Source: a virus
Taxonomy: Duplodnaviria; Heunggongvirae; Uroviricota; Caudoviricetes
IMG/VR virus record: IMGVR_UViG_3300031994_000001
Coordinates: 1-55,798 of that record
Length of the DNA stretch: 55,798 nucleotides
Direction: 5' to 3' (one strand)
The notes under the pieces are model-generated. The model did no database searches, was not told the DNA's origin, and saw only the letters and a program-made list of their open reading frames with translations. Numbering within the stretch: position 1 is the stretch's first letter; every line of letters starts with the position of its first letter. This document shows, one piece after another, positions 11,391-19,018 of this stretch. The translations under genes and the position numbers were made by a program.

Positions 11391-11671
11391 TTTTTATTAT
11401 ATTATACCGTAATCGTTCTTTGACATAATGAAAACCACCGATACCGCAGTTGAAATTTTTGAGCGGTTTTTCGGAAATTTTTATTATATTAGGAACAACG
11501 GCTCTTTGATATGATGAATGACGGAAGTCATAGGAAGAAAAAAGTTTTGCGACTTTCCGAAATTTTTATTATATTAGGGCATAAGGTTCTTTGTAATGAT
11601 AAAATCTGCGAGAGAAATTGTTAATGTCAGAATTTTTTATTATATTACATCGAACAGAGTTCTTTGACATA
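11391..11671 (+). promoter_or_regulatory. Four tandem units: TTTTTATTATATT motif + boxA-like G[TC]TCTTTG
   Basis: Motif at 11391/11478/11563/11634, each followed 23-25 nt later by gttctttgacata-like sequence (11415/11501/11586/11659). Confidence 0.75.
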
Positions 11672-11689
11672 TTGGCGAGAAGGCACTAT

Positions 11690-12836
11690 AAGGAAAACAT
11701 AGTACGACAACGGCATAATCGGAGTAATCCGAGAACGCTGTTGGTCGGAAGAATCAGACGGGTCTGAAGTCCATCGTGTTTCGGCACGTTGGACTTGAAA
11801 GACCTACTTCGCAGTTCCTGCGTGAAGAGCGCAGGCAACTTGGAGTGCATCAGAGGAGTAATCCTCTTTGGCGGGAAACCCCGATGTAGAACAACCCTAA
11901 AACGGTGGACACCCTTTTGGTTAAGGAAGTAAATTGTGGATAGGAATAAGATACACCACAAGCACTAAACAATACGGTGCAAGGGCAATACCGTGCTAAA
12001 TTGAGATAAACACGATGCCAATCGGAGCAAAGAAGTAGTGTTACTGTTACGCAATATACAGAATCTCATAAACGTGTAGAGAACATAGAGGTTGCACCTA
12101 TAGTCAGAACTGTATCGCAAGTGGGTAGAGCGGGTATGACCCTTAATAACTCGTTAAATGCAGGCTTGCGGTAACTTGCAAGCGTTTCTGATATGGTGAT
12201 AATATGCCCCAGACCACAACGTAGGAGTAGAAAGGAAGCCAACCCAAATGATTATACGGTGATTGGGTTACGAATACGGCTATGGTAACATAGAGTGGCA
12301 GGCAAAATCTTCAGCCTATTGCTGCGAAGTAAATTCATCTTTGGCGGCGGTACAGAACCGCTGTCATCTATCGGCACACAGCCCCCGTAACTCGGCGGCA
12401 GCAGCCGATTCTCCATCGGCGGGCACAATCCGCCGCACACCAAATCCCCGTTGAAACGATATATACGGGTTGCAACTGTCAGCGGAGTAGGTGCTGAACA
12501 CACTGACAGCCAAAGTACCGAAAGCCTAACGATTGGCGAGATAACGATTCAAGTCCAAGAGGCATTCCGAGATGTCGTGGGAAACCGTCCGACATAGCGG
12601 AGACACTTACAATTACACGTAGGGGGTTTGCTAATTACATTTCGCAGTAAACCCAACACGGCGGTTTACTTATGTGCTATGACCTTGGCGATTGACTGCG
12701 TTTCCGCTTATAGGAGAACAGCAGAGCAGTGGCGAGAAAATGTAAAAACTGGCGCAGTGACGCTTTCGCTTACACGTTCTACATTATCCAACGGTCACAT
12801 TAGAGGCGATTGTGTCGCCTTGTGTCATAGCATATA
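11690..12836 (+). ncRNA. Large highly structured ncRNA (family unassigned; GOLLD/ROOL size class)
   Basis: No credible ORF; many GUAA/GNRA/UUCG hairpins; long-range helices 11789-11799/12548-12558 and 12671-12683/12824-12836. Confidence 0.7.
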
Positions 12837-12852
12837 TGATTTATACATAAAT

Positions 12853-12925
12853 AGTCCTATCGGCAAGTGGTTTAAGCCACCACACTCTCAATGTGGAGTC
12901 ACGGGTTCGAATCCCGTTGGGACGA
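12853..12925 (+). tRNA. tRNA-Glu(CTC)
   Basis: ccaca-ctCTCaa-tgtgg, GTTCGAATC T loop. Confidence 0.9.
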
Positions 12926-12945
12926 CAAATTCAAAAACCAAAGTT

Positions 12946-13116
12946 ATGGATTCTGATACGATTAGACTTATCAAGAAGATGGAAGCCAACGCATTCTATC
13001 CTACATTCCCCGAAAAGGAATTTCGGTTCTACGACAAGAAGGTAGCGGAGGAAATTGCAAAGAGCGGGAAGAAAGAAATGAGAAAACTTCTGTCGAAGTT
13101 CAAACTTAAAAAATAG
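12946..13116 (+). CDS. Small basic hypothetical protein between tRNA-Glu copies
   Basis: 56 aa MDSDTIRLIKK...; stop overlaps next tRNA. Confidence 0.6.
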   Translation: MDSDTIRLIKKMEANAFYPTFPEKEFRFYDKKVAEEIAKSGKKEMRKLLSKFKLKK

Positions 13117-13187
13117 TCCTATCGGCAAGTGGTTTAAGCCGTCACCCTTTCACGGTGGAGTCACGGGTTCGAATCCCGTTGGGACTA
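13115..13187 (+). tRNA. tRNA-Glu(TTC)
   Basis: tcacc-ctTTCac-ggtgg. Confidence 0.92.
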
Positions 13188-13418
13188 CACTTCTATTCCG
13201 TAGTTGGTACTTCACACCACTCGTATATTGAAGCCATTTTACGCTGTTTTATGGTAAAAAACCGCCCCGTAAGCAGTTTTGGGTGAAGAACCGCTCTTTT
13301 TGCGTATATCGGGTTAGATGCGCACGGCTCTTTTTGATGGTTTTTCGAGTTGGTTAGGTAGTATGTGCGATTCGGCGGTGAAGTCGTTGGGGCGTGCGAC
13401 AAAAACCTTTTTTTCTTT

Positions 13419-13492
13419 GGGCCAGTAGTTCAGTTGGTAGAACGCCTGCCCTGCAAGCAGGATGTCGTGGGTTCGATTCCCATCTGTGTCCA
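13419..13492 (+). tRNA. tRNA-Ala(TGC), C33, bulged acceptor stem
   Basis: cctgc-ccTGCaa-gcagg; G3:U70 present. Confidence 0.8.
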
Positions 13493-13593
13493 CAAGGTGT
13501 AAATCAATCTCTTTACCCGCACCCGAAGACGCATATCTTCAACAGTATAAAGAAGGGGCAGAGGTCACGGCATCGGAAAGCGGTGCTAATTTT

Positions 13594-13667
13594 GGGCCAG
13601 TAGTTCAGTTGGTAGAACGCCTGCCCTGCAAGCAGGATGTCGTGGGTTCAATTCCCATCTGTGTCCA
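13594..13667 (+). tRNA. tRNA-Ala(TGC) second copy
   Basis: Near-identical to 13419-13492. Confidence 0.8.
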
Positions 13668-13669
13668 CA

Positions 13670-13739
13670 AAGGTGTTTACAGCAGACCATAAAATCAACT
13701 GTTTCATTTATAATCATTCGTTGCTTACAAAGCACCTTG
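13670..13739 (+). ncRNA. Free-standing stem-RCAGCA element 1
   Basis: aaggtgt-ttacagcag...gcaccttg. Confidence 0.6.
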
Positions 13740-13745
13740 TGAAAC

Positions 13746-13820
13746 AGTCCTATAGTTCAACGGATAGAACGGGGGTTTCCTAAACCTCTGATGCAAGTTC
13801 GATTCTTGTTAGGACTACCA
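13746..13820 (+). tRNA. tRNA-Arg(CCT)
   Basis: ggggt-ttCCTaa-acctc, encoded CCA. Confidence 0.9.
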
Positions 13821-13905
13821 ATGATAGATTGGGATAATACTATTAGTTAATGGTTTCATTGTACAAAGCAGTCTTGTCGGCTACCTCCGATTGCCGACAA
13901 GAAAC

Positions 13906-13978
13906 GGGGGTGTAGTTCAGTCGGTAGAACGGCGGACTGTTAATCCGTAAGTCGCAGGTTCGAGTCCTGCCGCCCCCG
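13906..13978 (+). tRNA. tRNA-Asn(GTT)
   Basis: gcgga-ctGTTaa-tccgt. Confidence 0.92.
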
Positions 13979-14157
13979 CAAAGCCGAGGTTGTGGTTCCA
14001 GCAGCCCGCGTGAGGCGCAAGTAGCGCGGTTGCAAGAGGTGTCGTGTCCGAGCAGTCCGCAAGGAAATCGTGGCGTTTAACCACGTTGCACGGTTGGCAC
14101 GGCTTAATAAGATTGGATGAGGGTCGGACAACGAGTGTCCGATGTGTAGGCTTTAAT

Positions 14158-14229
14158 CTTTCCGTAGTTCAACGAATAGAACGTTAGTTTACGGAACTAA
14201 AGATTGGGGTTTGAATCCCTGCGGGAAGA
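14158..14229 (+). tRNA. tRNA-Arg(ACG)
   Basis: ttagt-ttACGga-actaa. Confidence 0.85.
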
Positions 14230-14233
14230 CTAA

Positions 14234-14301
14234 AAGGTGCATACAGCAAACTATAACAGCATCAAACTTTTAATTTGAACTTCGCTAAACCAAGCACCTT
14301 G
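14234..14301 (+). ncRNA. Free-standing stem-RCAGCAA element 2 with Lys(TTT)-like anticodon stem-loop
   Basis: aaggtgc-atacagcaa...tcaaa-ctTTTaa-tttga...gcaccttg. Confidence 0.7.
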
Positions 14302-14350
14302 TTTTTCTTTGACTGCTGATTTTTTTTGTATTTTTCATAATTGTAGAGAA

Positions 14351-14402
14351 AAGATGTATGCAGCAATCCACGGAACGCAAATGAGTTTCTTTCAGCATCT
14401 TG
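14351..14402 (+). ncRNA. Free-standing stem-RCAGCAA element 3
   Basis: aagatgt-atgcagcaa...gcatcttg. Confidence 0.65.
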
Positions 14403-14455
14403 TTTCTTTTGTAAAATGCAAAAAATCAAAAAGATATATGAACTCACGCGGTTCT

Positions 14456-14529
14456 GGCCCCTTGGCGCAGTTGGTTAGCGCAACTGACTCATAATCAGAA
14501 GGTCGTAGGTTCAAGTCCTACAGGGGCCA
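14456..14529 (+). tRNA. tRNA-CAT, probably Ile2 (lysidine type)
   Basis: ctga-ctCATaa-tcag; ggcccct acceptor resembles bacterial Ile2. Confidence 0.85.
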
Positions 14530-14900
14530 CTTGTGGGAATGCGACCGAGACTGTAAAGCCAACTTCGTTTCCAACGACACAAAGTGCAGTTTTTATGATA
14601 TAAGTAATAAACGAGAATGTCTATCGGCTCTCAATCAGCATTGCTGACGGCTTTTGCCCCGCCGAGTTTTATGGTTTCCTGCACTTTTTTCCGATGGCTG
14701 AATAGCATAAACGGAAATGCGTCAATGCCGAAGTCAAGATGTGGGGTGTGGTGACACATCACCGTTCTGAAAATGGGGCGGGTATAATTCTGAAAAGTCG
14801 GGTTATAATGTTCGTTTTTCACGGTTGTTAGTCAACCACCCGATGAAATAGGCTCTTGCTTTGGCGAAGATTCAGAGGTTCGATTCCTCTGTCAGCCTCA

Positions 14901-14966
14901 AAGATACACACAGCAATCATTAAATCATAAAAAATTGTTGTTTAAGTTTTTTACCACAGTATCTTG
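14901..14966 (+). ncRNA. Free-standing stem-RCAGCAA element 4
   Basis: aagatac-acacagcaa...gtatcttg. Confidence 0.65.
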
Positions 14967-14978
14967 TTTTCTTTATAA

Positions 14979-15097
14979 TGGGAGATAGTGTAACGGAAGC
15001 ACACGTAATTTTTCGGTTCTTGTCAAAGAATTATGCAGCAAACAATAAAATTTGCTTTTGGGTAGCCGTGGTGTGGGTTCGATTCCCGCTCTCCCAA
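14979..15097 (+). tRNA. tRNA-Pro(TGG)-like with 48-nt insertion in the anticodon stem
   Basis: tgggaga/tctccca acceptor; cg[15006-15053]gct-ttTGGgt-agccg. Confidence 0.8.
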
Positions 15098-15103
15098 CAA
15101 AAC

Positions 15104-15175
15104 GGAGCATTAGGCTTAATGGTAAACTGACGGACTGTCTATCCGATGTTACGGGTTCGAATCCCGTATGTTCCG
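15104..15175 (+). tRNA. tRNA-Asp(GTC)
   Basis: cgga-ctGTCta-tccg. Confidence 0.85.
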
Positions 15176-15270
15176 CAAACGAAGTGACGTTTAATGCTGT
15201 ATAAGCGGAATTTTCCTGCGGCTCGAAAGTCGCGAATTTCGTGTCGCTGAAAGCAACCTATCCTTTGTCA

Positions 15271-15372
15271 GTATCTGTAGTGGCGAAGCATTGGTGAGAT
15301 TCCAATGTGGAGATGTCGGTCAGAACGTGAGGAAAAACCTCAAGGGCGCGGGTTCGACTCCTGCCAGATACG
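15271..15372 (+). ncRNA. tRNA-like RNA (acceptor + T arm, non-canonical core)
   Basis: gtatctg/cagatac, gcggg-ttcgact-cctgc; no recognisable anticodon arm. Confidence 0.65.
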
Positions 15373-15390
15373 CAATGTGAACTTATAGTG

Positions 15391-15812
15391 AAACATCTGT
15401 TGGAGGTAGGCTTGAGAGTAGCCATCCTTTAAAGAGTTGCGAGAGGTAGTAACTATATATGCGTGCGCAGCGTTGATTTAGGGTTACAAGAAACACCGTG
15501 GCAGGTAACTTGGTCGCTACGGGTCCCCTCACGGAGTCATAAGCACAAATGCCCGATGTCCAATTTTTAGTCTGAAATGGCGAAGTTTCCTTTGGGCGTG
15601 ACGGATTATTTAGGTGTCGGAGACAAGTATGACAGATAAGGTGCAACAGTACGGGAGGAGACTGCACTTAACATTTAACCATCGTGAATGGTATGGTGGA
15701 CGGGAAATGACGAAATTCCCGCACGCCGTGGGTGCATCAAGTTAAGCCCACGCTTGAATGTCTGTGGAACAGCCGTTGGAGCATTTGGTGTAAAAACACA
15801 CAACTGATGTTT
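15391..15812 (+). ncRNA. 23S rRNA factor-binding-centre mimic (split H43/H44 plus sarcin-ricin-like loop)
   Basis: GGAGGTAGGCTTGAGAGTAGCCATCCTTTAAAGAG ... GTGTAAAAACACAC closed by gttg/caac and aaacatc/gatgttt; internal gtgca-acAGTACGGGAGGAgac-tgcac. Confidence 0.75.
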
Positions 15813-15909
15813 TCTTTGACATAAGGGGTTTATAGATACCTACGGCAACCCATACAAAACTCAAACCGAAAAATTTGATTGACAATGTATCTTGTTACCC
15901 TTTTTTGAT

Positions 15910-15980
15910 AGGGATATGGTGTAACGGTAGCACAACAGATTTTGGTTCTGTTGGTCAAGGTTCGAATCCTTGTATCCCCG
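15910..15980 (+). tRNA. tRNA-Gln(TTG)
   Basis: acaga-ttTTGgt-tctgt. Confidence 0.9.
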
Positions 15981-16018
15981 CTAATGCACAACACATAACA
16001 CATTGCGCAACACAACAA

Positions 16019-16089
16019 TGGGCTATGGTGTAATGGTAGCACAACAGATTTTGGTTCTGTTGGTCAAGGTTCGAATCCTTGTAGCCCAA
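16019..16089 (+). tRNA. tRNA-Gln(TTG) second copy
   Basis: Same anticodon and T arm, different acceptor stem. Confidence 0.9.
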
Positions 16090-16094
16090 CGATA

Positions 16095-16445
16095 CGGTGA
16101 ATTGCACACCGTCTATCCAAGTGCAGCAGGCTTGCACCGAAGCCGACAGACACGTGATGAGATAAGTATAATAATTTTGTTGTCGGCTGTTTGGGTGACG
16201 AACCCGCAAAAGTGTCAAGTGACATTCCCGTTAGCAGACGGAGAGAGCCGAAGGCGGTAGTCGGTTGCGGAATAGTTCCTAACGGTGGTATCTGCGTGAT
16301 GGGTCTATCCATTCGCCGAACAAGGGTTTGATACCATATAGCGCAGGAATAACGCCTGCGGTTTGCATCGCGGGTGTTTGTATCAAACAGAAAGGGTTCA
16401 CCGCAGCAGTGAAAGGTGGTTGAAAGTGTGCAATGCTTTCAATGT
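16095..16445 (+). ncRNA. Unassigned structured RNA
   Basis: cggtgaa/ttcaccg long-range pairing plus multiple hairpins, no credible ORF. Confidence 0.45.
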
Positions 16446-16457
16446 GCTGTAACTTAT

Positions 16458-16533
16458 GGGGCGGTAGCGTAGGTGGTTATTTGCGCGTTGGTCTGAAAAA
16501 CCAAAGGCGGTTGTTCAACTCAACCCCGCCCCA
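16458..16533 (+). tRNA. tRNA-Phe(GAA)
   Basis: ttggt-ctGAAaa-accaa. Confidence 0.88.
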
Positions 16534-16538
16534 CAATA

Positions 16539-16602
16539 AAGGTGATAACAGCAATTTTTTTAGAACATCAAACTGTAACTTTGAAATGTCTAATTCACCT
16601 TG
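16539..16602 (+). ncRNA. Free-standing stem-RCAGCAA element 5 with Tyr(GTA)-like anticodon stem-loop
   Basis: aaggtga-taacagcaa...tcaaa-ctGTAac-tttga...tcaccttg. Confidence 0.7.
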
Positions 16603-16638
16603 TTTTTTTTGAATGTCTAACAATTAAAAATAGTAGAG

Positions 16639-17142
16639 ATGATTTTCGAGACACTTGACAAACACATTGCGGACGCTATGTTCGAGGAAAAGAACAGCAC
16701 CGCGAAGTTGAAAACGAATTTTTGGAAAGGCGTTAAGACCGAAATGGTGAACGCCGTCCACAACGGAGTGAAACTTCCGAATGACGAGGAAGAAACGAAG
16801 ATTCTCCGTTCAATGCTGAAGCGATGCCGCACGGCTGCGCAGGAGTTTGCCAAGGCAGGTGACGATAACAAAGTCGCTGTCGAAAACAGAAAGGTAAACG
16901 AGTTCGAGGCTGCTGAACTTGAAAAACTCCTGCCGAAAGAGCCTACCGTTGAGGAAGTGTATAATGAGACGGTCAAGCAGGTTGATATGTTCGTTGCCGA
17001 GAAACTTGGCGAGGACGAGAATTTCAGCGTCAAACAACTACAACGCTTCACAAAGGACATCATTGCGAAAGTCAAGGCTAAATACCCCAACGCGAACAAC
17101 GGTGTCATTGCGAATGTCGTGAAAGAGATTGCCAACAAGTAG
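16639..17142 (+). CDS. yqeY: GatB/YqeY domain protein
   Basis: IADAM...ILRSMLKR...AAQEFAKAG...E.AELEKLLPKE...VIANVVKE pattern. Confidence 0.8.
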   Translation: MIFETLDKHIADAMFEEKNSTAKLKTNFWKGVKTEMVNAVHNGVKLPNDEEETKILRSMLKRCRTAAQEFAKAGDDNKVAVENRKVNEFEAAELEKLLPKEPTVEEVYNETVKQVDMFVAEKLGEDENFSVKQLQRFTKDIIAKVKAKYPNANNGVIANVVKEIANK

Positions 17143-17153
17143 TTGGCACAAAT

Positions 17154-17238
17154 GGGAGTGCGGTCACGATGGTGGAGTGGCGGCGGTCTGTAAAACCGTT
17201 ACAACGAAACACAGTAGGTTCGAATCCTACCACTCCCA
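17154..17238 (+). tRNA. tRNA-Tyr(GTA)
   Basis: gcggt-ctGTAaa-accgt, long variable arm. Confidence 0.88.
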
Positions 17239-17345
17239 CGTGAAAAGGTGTAGTGTTGTTTACCGTTTTGTCAAAATGCACCAACCAACCTTGAGCAGCG
17301 CGTGTAAAAAGGCTTGCAAGGAGGACAAAACCAAAACGGAGTTAC

Positions 17346-17465
17346 GCGGACATAGTTTAATGGTAGAACGCGATAATCACAACGGTTCTTGACAAGAATT
17401 ATGCAGCAACTTTTTCGATTCGGTATTCCAAACCCGAAGTGCAGGTTCGAATCCTGCTGTCCGCT
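17346..17465 (+). tRNA. tRNA-Gly(TCC)-like with 49-nt insertion in the anticodon stem
   Basis: gcggaca/tgtccgc, U73; cg[17373-17421]ggt-atTCCaa-acccg. Confidence 0.78.
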
Positions 17466-17480
17466 CAAAGTTTTCCAAAT

Positions 17481-17599
17481 GGGGGTGTAGTTCAATTGGT
17501 AGAATGCGTATTTAACGCACCTCGTAAGAGGTACACGCAGCAAACTTTTTCTATGGTCTGTCACACCCGTGGTTGTAGGTTCGAGTCCTGCCGCCCCCG
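17481..17599 (+). tRNA. tRNA-Asp(GTC)-like with 46-nt insertion in the anticodon stem
   Basis: gggggtg/cgccccc, G73; cg[17509-17554]ggt-ctGTCac-acccg. Confidence 0.8.
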
Positions 17600-17745
17600 C
17601 CCTGCCCCAATAAGGCTTTTTGAATTGTATGCACGAGTTCGGTTGCGTGTGCTTTTGTATTGTAAGTATAGCATATCCGATAAGGAAGGTAAGAGTGTGA
17701 TTCTCTTTCTGAAGTTACTGCTCCGAATATCACATTCAGTTCAGT

Positions 17746-17808
17746 TGGACATATTGTAAATGCAGCATATCTGATAAGGAAGGTTTCGGTTCATATCCGA
17801 ATGTTCAG
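17746..17808 (+). pseudogene. Degenerate tRNA-like sequence
   Basis: tggacat/atgttca and ttcgg-ttcatat-ccgaa; partial duplicate at ~17658-17690. Confidence 0.4.
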
Positions 17809-17815
17809 CAAACAG

Positions 17816-17889
17816 TGCGGAATAGGGAAGAGGTCAATCCCGCAAGGCTCATAACCTTGAAACCGCAGGTTCGAATCCTGCTTCCGCTA
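17816..17889 (+). tRNA. tRNA-Met(CAT), initiator-like
   Basis: 1:72 mismatch, caagg-ctCATaa-ccttg. Confidence 0.85.
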
Positions 17890-17939
17890 CAAGGAGCAAA
17901 GCGCGGCTTCAACTTCGGAAAAGCGCAAACCGAAGTACC

Positions 17940-18008
17940 GAAACGTGATGTAATGTCAGCATATCTTCGAGTGCAGAGGAAAGTCTTGGTTTGAATCCAA
18001 GCGTTTCA
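17940..18008 (+). pseudogene. Degenerate tRNA-like sequence (GTG in loop, no U33)
   Basis: gaaacgt/gcgtttc, tcttc-gaGTGca-gagga, cttgg-tttgaat-ccaag. Confidence 0.5.
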
Positions 18009-18017
18009 ACAAAACAG

Positions 18018-18089
18018 TGCGGGATGACGCAGTGGCAGCGTGCAAGGCTCATAACCTTGAAGTCGGGGGTTCAAGTCCCTCTCCCGCTA
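18018..18089 (+). tRNA. tRNA-Met(CAT), initiator-like second copy
   Basis: 1:72 mismatch, caagg-ctCATaa-ccttg. Confidence 0.88.
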
Positions 18090-18272
18090 CAATATAGTGA
18101 CAGAAGTGTTCGGATAGATTGCACAGCCTCTTTTCCGCTCTTTAAGAACCGAGTTTATTATCAATACACAAGCGGAATGCTTCCGTGGCTGTTCGGACAT
18201 CAACCTGCCCGTGCGCGGCATAGCCGCCTTTCTTCACGAACTCGGCAAACCAGCCGACTGCACTATATATTT

Positions 18273-18347
18273 GCGGGTGTAGCACAACGGTTAGTGTAGG
18301 AGATTTCCAATCTTCTAATGTGGGTTCGATTCCCATCATCCGCTCCA
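18273..18347 (+). tRNA. tRNA-Gly(TCC)
   Basis: gaga-ttTCCaa-tctt, encoded CCA. Confidence 0.9.
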
Positions 18348-18498
18348 CATAACTTGACAAGGTTGTGTAAAGTGTGGTCACGAACCACAACCCGTCCGTG
18401 CGAGCGGGCGCGGGGGATGCGGGAATATCCCGAAAAGATACGAAATCCCGTGGTGTAGGTTATCTGTATATTCCACCGAAGAAGAACAGAATATTTTT

Positions 18499-18582
18499 GG
18501 GCGAGTGGCGGAATTGGCAGACGCGCAAGTTTGAGGGACTTGTCTCCGAAAGGGGGTGTGGGTTCAAATCCCATCTTGCCCA
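18499..18582 (+). tRNA. tRNA-Leu(GAG)
   Basis: caagt-ttGAGgg-acttg, long variable arm. Confidence 0.92.
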
Positions 18583-18728
18583 CCCAATAGAAGGTGTTTA
18601 CCAAATAGGCACATTCGCTTATATCCAAGGTTCTTTAAGAGAGTTATGGAGCGAACTCACACGGTTAGTATGGACACAGATATATAGGATGGCGAGGCTT
18701 CATAAGCAAATGCCTATTTTTCCCAATC

Positions 18729-18812
18729 GGGTGAGTGGCGGAATTGGCAGACGCGGCAGCATCAGAGGCTGTTGCCCGCAATGGCTTGTGGGTTCGAGTC
18801 CCACCTCGCCCA
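18729..18812 (+). tRNA. tRNA-Leu(CAG)
   Basis: gcagc-atCAGag-gctgt. Confidence 0.88.
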
Positions 18813-18830
18813 CAAATCTGCTTACTGTTC

Positions 18831-18910
18831 GGGCGAGTGGCGGAATTGGCAGACGCGGTAGTTTTAGGCACTACTGCTTCGGCGTGCGGGTTCGAACCCC
18901 GCCTTGCCCA
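18831..18910 (+). tRNA. tRNA-Leu(TAG)
   Basis: gtagt-ttTAGgc-actac. Confidence 0.92.
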
Positions 18911-18917
18911 CTTCAAC

Positions 18918-19001
18918 GGGCGAGTGGCGAAATTGGTAAACGCGGCAGACTTAAAATTTGCTGCCCGAAAGGGCTTGTGGGTTCGAGTCCCACCTTGCCT
19001 A
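18918..19001 (+). tRNA. tRNA-Leu(TAA)
   Basis: gcaga-ctTAAaa-tttgc. Confidence 0.92.
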
Positions 19002-19018
19002 CACAAAAACTTAATAAT

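Noticed and set aside
11029-11671. Repeat arrays as possible CRISPR/mini-CRISPR
   Set aside because: Constant parts are 8-13 nt promoter-like motifs, spacers are related to each other or AT-rich, and no cas genes are present
14531-14898. Possible tmRNA
   Set aside because: T arm present at the 3' end, but no convincing GGGGC 5' acceptor strand, G3:U70 or tag frame ending in Ala-Ala
15444-15463. GTAACTATA match to 23S helix 69 loop inside the rRNA-mimic insert
   Set aside because: Flanks do not form the H69 stem; a 9-nt match alone is insufficient
15391-15812. Calling this a true rRNA gene or host contamination
   Set aside because: Only two short motifs match 23S, in non-native order and spacing, with compensatory changes; flanks are phage tRNAs
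18374-19018. 281-aa ORF and other short ORFs across the tRNA island
   Set aside because: They translate tRNA genes (repeated GGIGRRG from Leu D arms); only the 19019-19219 part looks coding
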